Below are positions 9,458 through 19,012 of a stretch of 64,000 nt of DNA, in pieces. A program made the translations under genes and the position numbers. The DNA is taken from the IMG/VR virus record IMGVR_UViG_3300027983_002389; one strand, 5' to 3'. The stretch's first letter is position 1; every line of letters begins with the position of its first letter. The notes beneath the pieces were generated by a model, which saw nothing but the letters and a program-made list of their open reading frames with translations, was not told where the DNA came from and made no database searches. Source of the DNA: a virus (lineage: Duplodnaviria; Caudoviricetes).

Positions 9458-9546
9458 GTAGCCGTTCACCGTCCAGAACCGATTTCATGGATTGACGAAA
9501 TCGTCTCGGATAAGCTGGGACAAAAGAAAGGTAAAAATATCAATGC

Positions 9547-9620
9547 GGGGCCGTAGCTCAATCGGTTAGAGCAGCGAACTCATAATTCGTTGGTTCTCGG
9601 TTCAAGTCCGAGCGGCCCCA
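9547..9620 (+). tRNA. tRNA with CAT anticodon (Ile2 or elongator Met), no encoded CCA
   Basis: GGGGCCG/CGGCCCC-A acceptor, GCTC/GAGC D stem, GCGAA-CTCATAA-TTCGT, CTCGG-TTCAAGT-CCGAG. Confidence 0.93.
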
Positions 9621-9658
9621 TTTTGTAGCCACGTTACATGAACCACTTGTGTTGACTT

Positions 9659-9698
9659 AAACGAAAACACCTGGGATCGCTCCCAAGTGTTTTCGTTT
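9659..9698. terminator. Bidirectional terminator between convergent units
   Basis: AAACGAAAACAC...GTGTTTTCGTTT inverted repeat. Confidence 0.75.
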
Positions 9699-9763
9699 AT
9701 ATCCCTTTGGTGGACTCCATTAAAGCTCGTTTATATCCCTTTGGTGGACTCCATTAAAGCTCG
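9693..9763. repeat. Exact 34-bp tandem duplication spanning a stop codon
   Basis: TCGTTTATATCCCTTTGGTGGACTCCATTAAAGC x2 followed by TCG. Confidence 0.95.
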
Positions 9764-10300
9764 CACATTATCTTTGCAAAAACCAAATTCTTGTCTTTCA
9801 ATGAACTCATAAATAACGCCAGTCAATTCTGAAGGCTTGGTGAACACTTGAGTTAAGCCGGGACACTTCATTGGCTCGGTGGATGTGAATTCAGCATATC
9901 CAGCCGTTTGCCATTGCTTCATTGTTTTCTCGACGCTTTCGACTTGATAGGCAATGTGGTGAATGCCTCCAATGCCATTGCGAGCCGCAACCCAATTTGC
10001 GACAATGGACCCAGGAGTACCGTCGCTGACAAAGATTTCAGGTGCCATATGGTATTCCAGAGATCTATGCCAAGCAGGAACAGAATGACCATTCTGTTCA
10101 ATGTTTGGAACTCCTTCTAAAATCCACGGTAAACTAGCCACTTTCTTTTCGGGCGGCTCCAGTGCAATGCACTGCGCTGTTTGTCCATCTCCGAAGTCGA
10201 TGGCAAACTCCTGTTGGACGTGATAGCCCAAGGCGTTGATAAAGAAATTCGCTGTTTTCCAGCGGTCGTTCACACGATATGCAATGTGGTCTAAACGCAT
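9731..10300 (-). CDS. VOC/glyoxalase-superfamily protein (HPPD/epimerase-like)
   Basis: MRLDHIAYRV, GGIHHIAYQV, LTQVFTKP...YEFIER...GF; start at 10300 after AAGGAG. Confidence 0.8.
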   Translation of the reverse strand: MRLDHIAYRVNDRWKTANFFINALGYHVQQEFAIDFGDGQTAQCIALEPPEKKVASLPWILEGVPNIEQNGHSVPAWHRSLEYHMAPEIFVSDGTPGSIVANWVAARNGIGGIHHIAYQVESVEKTMKQWQTAGYAEFTSTEPMKCPGLTQVFTKPSELTGVIYEFIERQEFGFCKDNVRALMESTKGI

Positions 10301-10565
10301 AATGATGTTCTCCTTACTCATATAAGAGTAAGCAGATTTCTCATTGCCGCCGTCAATCTGCGGCAGGGAAGGAGATTTACGCTCTGCACCTTGGCCTTGT
10401 GCATCATTTTGAGAATCAAACAATCAAGAATTTGGATGATTCTCATGCCTGTTGTGCCAGTTTTGCAGGCAATCACGCTCTACTTAAAACTCGCTGGGAA
10501 GATAAGATTGCCGTAAGTCGTTAAAATCAAAAGACTTACAGGGAAAACTCTTGTGGTAAGTTCGA

Positions 10566-10594
10566 TTTACACGCAGTAAAAACTGCGGTATAAT
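10566..10594 (+). promoter_or_regulatory. Sigma-70-type promoter of clpX
   Basis: TTTACA-N17-TATAAT; 6-bp inverted repeat in the spacer. Confidence 0.8.
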
Positions 10595-10649
10595 GAACTT
10601 AGGAAATTACAACGCTCAACATTTGACTTCAGATCAACGGGATGGCTAT

Positions 10650-11969
10650 ATGGCAAAAAGGACGACGAATAGTCCAGTATGTGACTACTGTGGAAAATCG
10701 AGCAAAGAGGCAGGGCTTTTGGTTGAAAGCCCCGTTGTTGATCGAGAGCAAAATGGTCGTCCGGCTGGCTCACGAGTGTTTATCTGCTCTGCATGTGTGG
10801 AGCTATGTCAAACGATGGTGAAGCAGAAGAATCAAAAGAAGAAGACTTCGGCATCCTTGCCGAAGGATGTTCCTACACCACGAGAGATTGTGGGTTATTT
10901 GGACCAGTACATTATTGGCCAAGATCAAGCCAAGAGAACATTGGCTGTCGCTGTCTCGAATCACTACAAGCGATTACGAGATGATGTTTCTCGCTTGGAA
11001 GAATTTGATCTTAACGATGAACTGGCTGATACCACCATCGAAAAGAGCAACATCCTTCTTATCGGGCCAACTGGATCGGGCAAGACATTGCTTGCTAAGA
11101 CTTTGGCAAAGATTCTCCAGGTTCCGTTTGCCATTGGAGACGCAACTACGTTGACCGAGGCTGGCTATGTTGGCGAAGACGTGGAGAATTTGGTTCTGAA
11201 ACTGCTCAGAGAAGCAGAGTTCGACGTTGAAGTGGCGCAAACTGGCATCATTTACCTTGACGAAGTGGACAAAATCGGAAAGACGAGCCAGAATGTAAGC
11301 ATCACCCGTGATGTGTCTGGCGAAGGTGTGCAGCAGGCGTTGCTGAAGATGCTTGAGGGAACCACCTGTAATGTCCCACCGACTGGTGGGCGAAAACATC
11401 CAGAGCAGCAATACATTCCCGTGGACACCACCAATATCTTGTTTATTGTCGGAGGAACCTTTGTTGGTCTTGAAGATATCATCAACAAGCGAATTGGTCG
11501 CAAGTCAATTGGATTCGGAGCCGGTGCCGGTGCCGGTCGCACTGAGGCACAGGAAGCTGAAACAGAATGGATTCTTGAGCATGTAACGGAAGACGATTTG
11601 GTTCACTTTGGGCTGATTCCTGAATTGATTGGTCGTTTGCCGGTCATCACTCCACTCAAGGGGCTTGATGAGGACGCATTGGTTCAAGTTTTGACTGAAC
11701 CAAAGGACGCCTTGGTCAAGCAATACAAGAAGCTGTTCCGATATGACAAGGTTGGTCTGGAGTTTACGCCTGAAGCACTCAAGGAAATTGCCAAGGCTGC
11801 TGCAAAGAAGGGAACTGGCGCTCGTGGACTTCGCAGTGTTATCGAAGGTTTCATGATGGGTGTGATGTTTGATTTGCCAGAACACAGTGGCAAAGTCGTC
11901 ACGATCACCGATAAGATCGTTCGTGGCGAGGAAACTGTAGTGTTCCCGACCAGTAATAAGGCGGCGTAA
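10650..11969 (+). CDS. clpX: ATP-dependent Clp protease ATPase subunit ClpX
   Basis: C4 zinc domain, [36 protein letters not shown] loop, GARGLR. Confidence 0.97.
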   Translation: MAKRTTNSPVCDYCGKSSKEAGLLVESPVVDREQNGRPAGSRVFICSACVELCQTMVKQKNQKKKTSASLPKDVPTPREIVGYLDQYIIGQDQAKRTLAVAVSNHYKRLRDDVSRLEEFDLNDELADTTIEKSNILLIGPTGSGKTLLAKTLAKILQVPFAIGDATTLTEAGYVGEDVENLVLKLLREAEFDVEVAQTGIIYLDEVDKIGKTSQNVSITRDVSGEGVQQALLKMLEGTTCNVPPTGGRKHPEQQYIPVDTTNILFIVGGTFVGLEDIINKRIGRKSIGFGAGAGAGRTEAQEAETEWILEHVTEDDLVHFGLIPELIGRLPVITPLKGLDEDALVQVLTEPKDALVKQYKKLFRYDKVGLEFTPEALKEIAKAAAKKGTGARGLRSVIEGFMMGVMFDLPEHSGKVVTITDKIVRGEETVVFPTSNKAA

Positions 11970-12025
11970 CACTCATTTAAGTTAGGGAATGAATTGCTCA
12001 TTCCCTAACCATTGCGGAGAAAAGA

Positions 12026-12676
12026 ATGACAGGTCCATATCTTCGATTGATCGGTGACGTTCACGGCAAAATGGAAGAGTATATTCCACTTGCAGAGCAA
12101 GCCGAATATACTATCCAGCTTGGTGATTTGGGATTTTCGTACAATGCCTTGTCGAAATTTCTGAACCCGGATAAGCATCGGGTATTAGGTGGAAATCATG
12201 ACAACTATGAAGTGTTAGATGGTCGCTTTCACAAGCAACCGCCGCACTTCTTGGGCGATTATGGAGTTCACAACATTCCTGGTATTGGGGAATTCTTTTT
12301 CGTTCGAGGCGGAAATAGCATTGATAAGGCGGGACGCACTGAGGGGTTTGATTGGTTCCCTGGAGAGCAACTTTCCTATGTCGATGCTGCAAAGGCGTTA
12401 GAAGAATACACAAAAGTCAGGCCAGCCCTGATGTTGTCCCATGAATGCCCAACCAGCATCATTGATATGCTTGCTGGTTTCAAAACATGGGACGGTGAAC
12501 TAATTCGTCCCAGCATGACTGCCAATGTCCTCGAACAAATGTTTGAGGAACACAAGCCGTTGTTGTGGGTGTTTGGTCATCACCATAAACATTTTAACAT
12601 GGTTGTTGAAGGCACACGATTCATTTGTTTGCCTGAATTAGCTTGTCTCGATTTTGACCGTAAAGAGGCCGAATGA
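12026..12676 (+). CDS. Calcineurin-like metallophosphoesterase
   Basis: GDVHG, QLGD, GNHD, SHECP, FGHHH. Confidence 0.9.
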   Translation: MTGPYLRLIGDVHGKMEEYIPLAEQAEYTIQLGDLGFSYNALSKFLNPDKHRVLGGNHDNYEVLDGRFHKQPPHFLGDYGVHNIPGIGEFFFVRGGNSIDKAGRTEGFDWFPGEQLSYVDAAKALEEYTKVRPALMLSHECPTSIIDMLAGFKTWDGELIRPSMTANVLEQMFEEHKPLLWVFGHHHKHFNMVVEGTRFICLPELACLDFDRKEAE

Positions 12677-13269
12677 GTTACGTTGTAGCAACATATATGA
12701 ATATTGATGCCTGGAATAAAACAGGCGTCAATTGGCTGCGAAAAGCAAAGTCCGCAGGATTGACGGGCTTTATTGTCGGTGATGGCTTGCCACCCGAAGC
12801 CGACATAAAAGCAAAAGAATTAGCCTTTAAGGTGGTCCCCATTATTGTCAAGTTCGGCGACGAACGTGACAAGTATAGGACGGTTGCCGAAGAGATAAAG
12901 AAAGGGCAGCGGTGCCTTTTCGTGAATCATAACATTACCCCAAAGGGAGGTTTGTCAGAGGCAAGAGAAATTACATGCAATCGAGACGAGTCGCTTGATT
13001 TACTCGAAGTGGTGTCCCTCATTAGAAATCTACAAGATCGAGCTAAAGCGGTCGAGTTGATTCGGGATAAAATCATTAGCGTGCATCAAGGCTTGCTCTC
13101 CACAAAAAGCGTTTTGGGAACGTGGGATTTCTGGAATAGTCTTAGCGCATTCTATGATTACCTGCAAGAAATAAATTACCTTGATCGCAGGGCTTCATAT
13201 AACGAGTTGGCATTTAACCTTTATGTGGCACTGGCAGAGTCGATCTCCCTAGAGGTTTGCAATGATTAA
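12673..13269 (+). CDS. Hypothetical protein
   Basis: ATGA-coupled ORF. Confidence 0.65.
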   Translation: MSYVVATYMNIDAWNKTGVNWLRKAKSAGLTGFIVGDGLPPEADIKAKELAFKVVPIIVKFGDERDKYRTVAEEIKKGQRCLFVNHNITPKGGLSEAREITCNRDESLDLLEVVSLIRNLQDRAKAVELIRDKIISVHQGLLSTKSVLGTWDFWNSLSAFYDYLQEINYLDRRASYNELAFNLYVALAESISLEVCND

Positions 13270-13507
13270 AGCACCACGGAATATTCCGTATTTTTATAAC
13301 CGTGCATCTGCGATTCAATTGAATCGTCTGCGAAAGACGTTCCAGCACTTTGGTGTAATTAGACATCAAACCTTGGTTGGCGAAAGTCTTCTTAGGCTTG
13401 GTCAACACATCAAAGAAAGCACGATTTGTCAATTGCCCACTGATGCTCCTGGCAAGGCTTTATTCCGAATGTATAAATATTACGATTCTTTGGAATTCCA
13501 AGAATAG
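13262..13507 (+). CDS. Hypothetical protein
   Basis: Overlap-coupled ORF with GAGG RBS. Confidence 0.55.
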   Translation: MIKAPRNIPYFYNRASAIQLNRLRKTFQHFGVIRHQTLVGESLLRLGQHIKESTICQLPTDAPGKALFRMYKYYDSLEFQE

Positions 13508-13533
13508 AGCCTTCTCACTCTAACCCATGTTTG

Positions 13534-13573
13534 ACCGCCCGGCGAAATACTTTCGTCAGGGCGGTTTTCTTTT
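13534..13573 (+). terminator. Rho-independent terminator
   Basis: ACCGCCC...GGGCGGT stem followed by T-tract. Confidence 0.7.
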
Positions 13574-13639
13574 GTATTTCTGTATTATCCTCGCTACTTT
13601 AATTTATACTTCAACCTACAAATCAAGTGAGGAAAAAAC

Positions 13640-14071
13640 ATGGGTAAACATTTAGTGTTTGTATATGGAACTTTGAAGCGAGGCTTCAGCCGTGGCAACG
13701 CATTGCGTGAGCAGCGTTATATTGGCATTGCTAGAACAGAGCCAAAATACGGCATGTATGGATATGGAGGCTTTCCAGCCCTCGTAGATGAAACATTGGC
13801 CGAGGCATCTGGACTCGATGCCAGCAAACGCATATTCGGCGAATTATACGAAGTAGATGATGCGTGTGTAATGGAACTCGATAAAATCGAAGGCACGGAT
13901 CGTGGCTTATTTGAACGTCGTGATGTCGCCTTGAGTGAGATCACAATGACCTCTTTGCCCACCGACGACGCAGTTTGGGGCGGTTTAACTCGCAAGGTAG
14001 CACAAGGCTACTTTTTCAAGAAGAAGTTGACCGGGGCTGGTGATTGTGGACCTCTCTGGGTTCAGAAGTAA
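13640..14071 (+). CDS. Gamma-glutamylcyclotransferase (AIG2/GGACT family)
   Basis: VFVYGTLKRG, GELYEV, LDKIEG. Confidence 0.9.
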   Translation: MGKHLVFVYGTLKRGFSRGNALREQRYIGIARTEPKYGMYGYGGFPALVDETLAEASGLDASKRIFGELYEVDDACVMELDKIEGTDRGLFERRDVALSEITMTSLPTDDAVWGGLTRKVAQGYFFKKKLTGAGDCGPLWVQK

Positions 14072-14078
14072 ACTTTGA

Positions 14079-14107
14079 TTTACAGCAGAAAAAAAATGTG
14101 GTAGAAT
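14079..14107 (+). promoter_or_regulatory. Sigma-70-type promoter, probably leaderless transcript
   Basis: TTTACA-N17-TAGAAT; ATG 7 nt downstream. Confidence 0.8.
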
Positions 14108-14113
14108 CCCTCC

Positions 14114-14695
14114 ATGATGAATACAGAGGCGGTTCTACAAGGGTTGTTGAAACATGCCCGCTCTGAAATCCTGAAAGAATTCAGAGCGGATTCATGTATC
14201 GCATCTACTGCGGTTGGGCTTGATATTCTCACCCATTTCGGCATTCTTGCCGAACCCCTCCCCGTTCGCACGTTAATCTTCAATGAACCCTTTGTGACTC
14301 GTATCGAAAACGAAGGTTGGCCGACTGGACAGCAAGTCCAAAATTGGTCGGAACAAGATGGGTCTTATAGCGTTGGTATTGGTATTGGGCCACAACAGCC
14401 CAATAAATGGGCGGGTCACTTGGTTATATTGATCGAGAAGCGATTACTTCTTGATTTGTCAATTGACCAAGCAACTCGTCCTCAGTACAACATGCTATTG
14501 GACCCATTGTGTATTGAAGTAGACGAACAGTTTCTATCTGGTTCACCCAAAGTCTTCAAGGTCAACCAATGCGTAGTTCGTGTTGACGCCTTGAAGGGGA
14601 ATGATGGATATGCTTCATCGCCAGATTGGATGTTTCTAGGACGTAGAAAGAAGATAGTCGCCAACACCTTACGACTCATTCAGGGAGATTTGTGA
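14114..14695 (+). CDS. Hypothetical protein (possible Cys-His-Asp transglutaminase-like fold)
   Basis: SCIAST...GHLV...LLDLS. Confidence 0.65.
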   Translation: MMNTEAVLQGLLKHARSEILKEFRADSCIASTAVGLDILTHFGILAEPLPVRTLIFNEPFVTRIENEGWPTGQQVQNWSEQDGSYSVGIGIGPQQPNKWAGHLVILIEKRLLLDLSIDQATRPQYNMLLDPLCIEVDEQFLSGSPKVFKVNQCVVRVDALKGNDGYASSPDWMFLGRRKKIVANTLRLIQGDL

Positions 14696-15126
14696 TGGAC
14701 CCGATTTATGTTTGGTCAATCTTGGGAACGACCATTATTGTTCTAGCCGCATCTTGCGCCTACCTTGGCCGTTTGTCGCTATCTCAGCGACATAAGCTAA
14801 AAGAGTTCACGACTGCTCGCAGGCACTCGATAATGGAAGACCTGGAGCTTGCCACTGGCGAACAATTGCTTGGTGAATTGAGAAAGCGTCCTGGCTCGCC
14901 ATACTTGATGTTGTCCCCAATTCAGGACGCAGATTCGTCTGGACTCATTATTGAAATTCACAATATACCGCCAATTCCATGCCTTCAGATGCTGCACATG
15001 GCGACCAGCTTGACGTTTCATGAACTCAAGAAACGTGGCGTTGAAATTCCCGATTTCCCAGGCGGTGGTCCTGACCAAGATGACCAAGATGACCAAGATG
15101 GTGAAGAGTGGAAGCAACAGGATTGA
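14692..15126 (+). CDS. Hypothetical membrane-anchored protein
   Basis: N-terminal hydrophobic helix; DQD repeat tail. Confidence 0.65.
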   Translation: MMDPIYVWSILGTTIIVLAASCAYLGRLSLSQRHKLKEFTTARRHSIMEDLELATGEQLLGELRKRPGSPYLMLSPIQDADSSGLIIEIHNIPPIPCLQMLHMATSLTFHELKKRGVEIPDFPGGGPDQDDQDDQDGEEWKQQD

Positions 15127-15146
15127 TTAAGGATTGATTAAGGATT
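15120..15146. repeat. 11-bp tandem duplication over a stop codon
   Basis: GGATTGATTAA x2 followed by GGATT. Confidence 0.85.
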
Positions 15147-15165
15147 TTTCAGGAAAGAGTCAGTG

Positions 15166-15414
15166 ATGGATGGCATAGAACAAAAAGTCAAACAAGTAAT
15201 TGCTGAATGTCTATGTTTTGAGTTGGAAGAGATCGCCGATAATTCAATCTGCCTGAATAATCTTCAGGCAGATTCACTCGACTTTATCAATCTCGAATAT
15301 CAACTCGATAAAGCGTTCGATGGCAAGTTCAGTTCAGAAATGAACGTCGGAGTAAAAACAACGATCCAAGACGTGATTGATTTTGTGACGAAGGAAATCG
15401 GGTCGGTAGCTTAG
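15166..15414 (+). CDS. acpP: Acyl carrier protein
   Basis: KVKQVIAE...LQADSLD (phosphopantetheine Ser)...TIQDVIDFV. Confidence 0.85.
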   Translation: MDGIEQKVKQVIAECLCFELEEIADNSICLNNLQADSLDFINLEYQLDKAFDGKFSSEMNVGVKTTIQDVIDFVTKEIGSVA

Positions 15415-15715
15415 ATCCTAATCATTGTTGTTACTTTACGGTTGCAATTCCCGATGGATATTCTTCAATCGGAGATGATCCTAATCATTGTTGTTACTTT
15501 ACCGATGGCTTCAAATGTGTTTTCAGCATTGAAGAACAGCCTTTTGGCTGGAGTAGACACCTTTCAATATCGGTGGCAGCAATCGACAAGATGCCACATA
15601 TTGAGGCAGTCAAATTACTTATGCTAGAATTCGGCATCGACAAACCATTAGAAGAATGCCAAATCTATATCGAGGAAGGATTTCCGAAGTCGGTCAATAT
15701 TATTTCTCCAATATA
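15414..15715 (+). pseudogene. Startless gene fragment with a 26-bp direct repeat
   Basis: Frame GDDPNHCCYFTDGFKCVFSIEEQPFGWSRHLSISV...SPI* has no upstream start; repeat at 15414-15439 and 15477-15502. Confidence 0.55.
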
Positions 15716-15788
15716 GTTGAATAGTCTGGATCGAGCTTTACAGCCCGGATATAATTTGCCCTATCAACCCCGATAGGAGGTATATCTG

Positions 15789-16727
15789 ATGGCCCAGACT
15801 AATGAGACGCAACAGCGAGCGGAGAAGTTGTTGGACACAAAGCTGCGAATATTTTCTCATCCAATGTTTGATGAACTCAAACAAAAGAAGAATATCATCG
15901 CAGATATACCCGGTGCCGAGAAGTTTCAAATAGACGGAAATAAGGTCCAGAAGTTGCGAACCAGTAAAATCGCTCCTGAAATGCGACCTTGTTACGAGGC
16001 TCCGTTGTTGAATTTTGAGCAGGAACAACACTTGTTCCGCAAAATGAATTACTTCAAGTATCGGGCGAAGAAATTGATGGAAGGGATGAACCCAAAACGG
16101 GTTACTGAAAAAAGAGTCAAGAACATTGAGGAACATTTGGCTATTGCTGCTGCGATTCGCAATCAAATTGCTGAGTCAAATTTTCGGCTGGCAACGCAAA
16201 TCCTCAAGGGGCAGATTACTTTTTATCGGGAACACAGCTTGACAGATGCGTTGCTCAGTGATGGGTATTTTGATGTGTTAAAGGCCGTTGATTATTTCGA
16301 TTGGACGAAGGGTTATCGGTTCAGCACATACGCAACCTGGGTCGTAAAGAAGAACTTTTTCCGAGACTCCAAGCAGAAGATCACATATGCCGAAAGGTTC
16401 ACCTATTTGGATGAATCTCGTGCTGAAATGCTCAACTCAAGGGGTGAAGGATATGAAGAAGAAAAACAATATACTGACCGACAGGTGTTGGTCAAGAAGT
16501 TGTTGAAATTGTTGTCTGAAGGGGATGACAGCACAGATCGTAGCCGACAGGTGCGTGTGCTTGAGCATTACTTTGGCGTCAACGGCAATGATCGACAAAC
16601 TCTTGAACAGATCAGTGAAGAGATCGGCGTCACAAAAGAACGGGTGCGACAACTCAAAGAAAAAGGTTTGCTTTGGATTAAGCAAAAAGTCGAAGAGTTG
16701 GGCATTCGATACGAAGAAACGGAATAA
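15789..16727 (+). CDS. RNA polymerase sigma-70-family factor
   Basis: AESNFRL, AVDYFDWTKGYRFSTYATW (region 2), TLEQISEEIGVTKERVRQL (region 4). Confidence 0.92.
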   Translation: MAQTNETQQRAEKLLDTKLRIFSHPMFDELKQKKNIIADIPGAEKFQIDGNKVQKLRTSKIAPEMRPCYEAPLLNFEQEQHLFRKMNYFKYRAKKLMEGMNPKRVTEKRVKNIEEHLAIAAAIRNQIAESNFRLATQILKGQITFYREHSLTDALLSDGYFDVLKAVDYFDWTKGYRFSTYATWVVKKNFFRDSKQKITYAERFTYLDESRAEMLNSRGEGYEEEKQYTDRQVLVKKLLKLLSEGDDSTDRSRQVRVLEHYFGVNGNDRQTLEQISEEIGVTKERVRQLKEKGLLWIKQKVEELGIRYEETE

Positions 16728-16830
16728 TTGTTTTTTGGCATTAAAGCAATTTGTGACGGCGCAGCACATAAGTTGAGTGGTGCTGTTGATATGCTAATTG
16801 CTTTTCTGGACTCCATCAAGGTTACGTCCG

Positions 16831-17883
16831 ATGAAACCTGATCCTCGGTACACGTTGAATCCGTTCAATCATGAGCCAAGAATTCAACTTATTGATGGCG
16901 ACGGTAGCCTGATTCAAATGATTAGCCAGATTGAGGCTTTTCATTTGTTGCGGCATGGCTTTTGTGAATTATTGATGATTAAACCTCCCACCTTGCAGTT
17001 CCAGTTGGATCGCAAGCATTGGGATGTTCGCTTTATGCGATTGAAACCACCCCGTTGGTTTCGAGATAGTGGTCAATATCTTGAGGCTCGAAAGAGCGTC
17101 ATGTATGGCAACTTTCACATTCAGTCGCCTGACGGCAATGATATGTTCCATTGTAATTCACAAAAGGCATTGTGGTATTTGAATCGAGACATTGCCGATA
17201 TTGTGTGCAGCAATCCCCCTACGTTGAAATTGAAGTTTGTTCCTGGAGGCTTAGGTCACGTTGGCGACACCTATTATCTTACTGAGAAATTGAATAGGTG
17301 TGTGGTTTGTGCCAGTGAGCGAAACTTAAATCGCCATCATGTTATGCCTCGTGTGTTCCGGCGTCACTTGCCAGAATCCATTAAGGACCACAATTATCAT
17401 GATGTATTGCTCATGTGCATTGATTGTCACGAACAATACGAACAAGAGGCGGATAAATTCAAGCAGGAAATCTGTAGGGAATTAGATTTCGACATCAACA
17501 ATGGCGCTGGTCAAATCTATTTGCCTGAGATTGGCAATGCTGTGAAAGCCGCTCGTGCGTTGTTCCACTACGAAAATGTAATTCCAGAGCCTCGTAAATC
17601 TCTATTGCTCAATACGCTCAGAGAGTATTTGAAAAAAGAAGAAGTAACTCGCCAAGACTTGGAAGAAGTGTCCTCGCATTTTTCTTGGCATCGACCTGAT
17701 GGCTACCAGAACTACGGAGAGTTCGTAATTAGCAAGATTGGCGACATTCAAGAATTCACAGAGCGATGGCGGCAACACTTTATTGACGTGATGAAGCCGA
17801 AATACTTGCCAGCGTATTGGGATGTGCAAAAGCCTTTGATTCGTGATCGTGTGAGAAATAAAATACAGGTCGAACCAAAATGA
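16831..17883 (+). CDS. HNH-like nuclease resembling the C-terminal domain of eukaryotic EXD2
   Basis: SPDG..C..KALWYL, EKLNRCVVC, RHHVMP..FRRHLP..KDHNYHDVLLMCIDCH, RWRQHF...PKYLP. Confidence 0.75.
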   Translation: MKPDPRYTLNPFNHEPRIQLIDGDGSLIQMISQIEAFHLLRHGFCELLMIKPPTLQFQLDRKHWDVRFMRLKPPRWFRDSGQYLEARKSVMYGNFHIQSPDGNDMFHCNSQKALWYLNRDIADIVCSNPPTLKLKFVPGGLGHVGDTYYLTEKLNRCVVCASERNLNRHHVMPRVFRRHLPESIKDHNYHDVLLMCIDCHEQYEQEADKFKQEICRELDFDINNGAGQIYLPEIGNAVKAARALFHYENVIPEPRKSLLLNTLREYLKKEEVTRQDLEEVSSHFSWHRPDGYQNYGEFVISKIGDIQEFTERWRQHFIDVMKPKYLPAYWDVQKPLIRDRVRNKIQVEPK

Positions 17884-17899
17884 CTTTTTGCTCTCTAGG
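17867..17899 (+). promoter_or_regulatory. GGTCGAACCAAA-N11-CTCTCT element (class II, ECF-like)
   Basis: Exact motif; ATG at 17908. Confidence 0.8.
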
Positions 17900-17907
17900 T
17901 TGTCATC

Positions 17908-18567
17908 ATGAACAATTTACGAAAATACCCTCGAACGTATCATTTTCCGTGGAGTCCTGGCACGACTTCCGATGATCGCATATTGCCCAATGTGAAACAT
18001 TTTGAGGGCATGGAAGTTGTGGTGACTGAGAAGCTGGACGGTGAAAATACGTCTATGTATCTCGATCATATTCATGCCCGATCTTTGGACTCAAAGCATC
18101 ACCCTTCTCGAACCTGGGCCAAGGTATTGCACGGTCAGATTCGTCACGAAATTCCTCTTGGTTGGAGAATTTGTGGTGAAAATGTCTATGCCTTGCATTC
18201 CATTTCATACAACAGCTTAGAAGCCTATTTCTACGTTTTCGGAATTTACGACGACAACAATCAATGTTTGTCGTGGGACGAAACCGTAGTTTACGCCACA
18301 ATGTTTGGACTGCGAACAGTGCCAGTTCTTTATCGTGGACCGTGGAACGAGTCGAAGGTCAAAGCCTGTTGGACAGGCATTTCGACTGCATCCCCAGGCG
18401 ATCAACAAGAAGGATATGTCCTGCGAGTAGCGCAGGCTTTCCCGTATGATGCTCAAGATGACGGGTTGTTTTCTCAATACACTGCCAAATATGTCCGGGA
18501 GAACCACGTTCAAACGGATCAGCATTGGCTTGAAAAACCTGTAGTCCCTAACTTGCTAAGGAAATAA
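17908..18567 (+). CDS. ATP-dependent RNA ligase (Rnl2-like family)
   Basis: KYPRTYH, TEKLDGEN, ICGEN, EGYVLR, AKYVR. Confidence 0.88.
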   Translation: MNNLRKYPRTYHFPWSPGTTSDDRILPNVKHFEGMEVVVTEKLDGENTSMYLDHIHARSLDSKHHPSRTWAKVLHGQIRHEIPLGWRICGENVYALHSISYNSLEAYFYVFGIYDDNNQCLSWDETVVYATMFGLRTVPVLYRGPWNESKVKACWTGISTASPGDQQEGYVLRVAQAFPYDAQDDGLFSQYTAKYVRENHVQTDQHWLEKPVVPNLLRK

Positions 18568-18630
18568 CATGGGAGTTGCTGCGATTCATTACGTCCTGGG
18601 AATTAACGAACTGAACACAGATGGTTTTTT

Positions 18631-18843
18631 CTAGCTGATATTTGACTTATCGTGGTTTCTGCCTAAAGTAATGTTTATTTGTAGGCGAACTTCTTTATTT
18701 TCAAAGCTCCAACATTCGCCAGTGTTATCTATAAATACAACCCAAACTAAGTTGTGTTCTTGGGAGTAGTCAATGACAAGATGGGCGTACCCCTTGCCTT
18801 TAGGAGTTTCTAGTGGTATTGGGGGATTTAGCTGTATAATCAT
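18631..18843 (-). CDS. Hypothetical phage protein
   Basis: MIIQLNPPIPLETPKGKGYAHLVIDY; CTAAATA box 4 nt upstream. Confidence 0.7.
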   Translation of the reverse strand: MIIQLNPPIPLETPKGKGYAHLVIDYSQEHNLVWVVFIDNTGECWSFENKEVRLQINITLGRNHDKSNIS

Positions 18844-18973
18844 ATTGTATTTAGTATCAACTTTAGCCGAAATCTGACGACTTGGGGGGAATTGAGAGCA
18901 GCCGCAAAGTCGATGAAGCCCTGGGAACCAAGTTTGTCTGGATGCCAGAATAATTATTTTCACACATTGGCAT

Positions 18974-19007
18974 TAGGTCGAACCAAAAGCCAACTTCCCT
19001 CTCTAGG
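18974..19007 (+). promoter_or_regulatory. Class II element
   Basis: TAGGTCGAACCAAA-N11-CTCTCTAGG; ATG at 19013. Confidence 0.8.
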
Positions 19008-19012
19008 TTTTT

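Noticed and set aside
9547-9620. Initiator tRNA-fMet
   Set aside because: Position 1-72 is paired and the anticodon stem lacks three consecutive G-C pairs.
15412-15627. Amber read-through fusing ACP to ORF 15442..15627
   Set aside because: In frame, but the protein-like sequence downstream is in a different frame.
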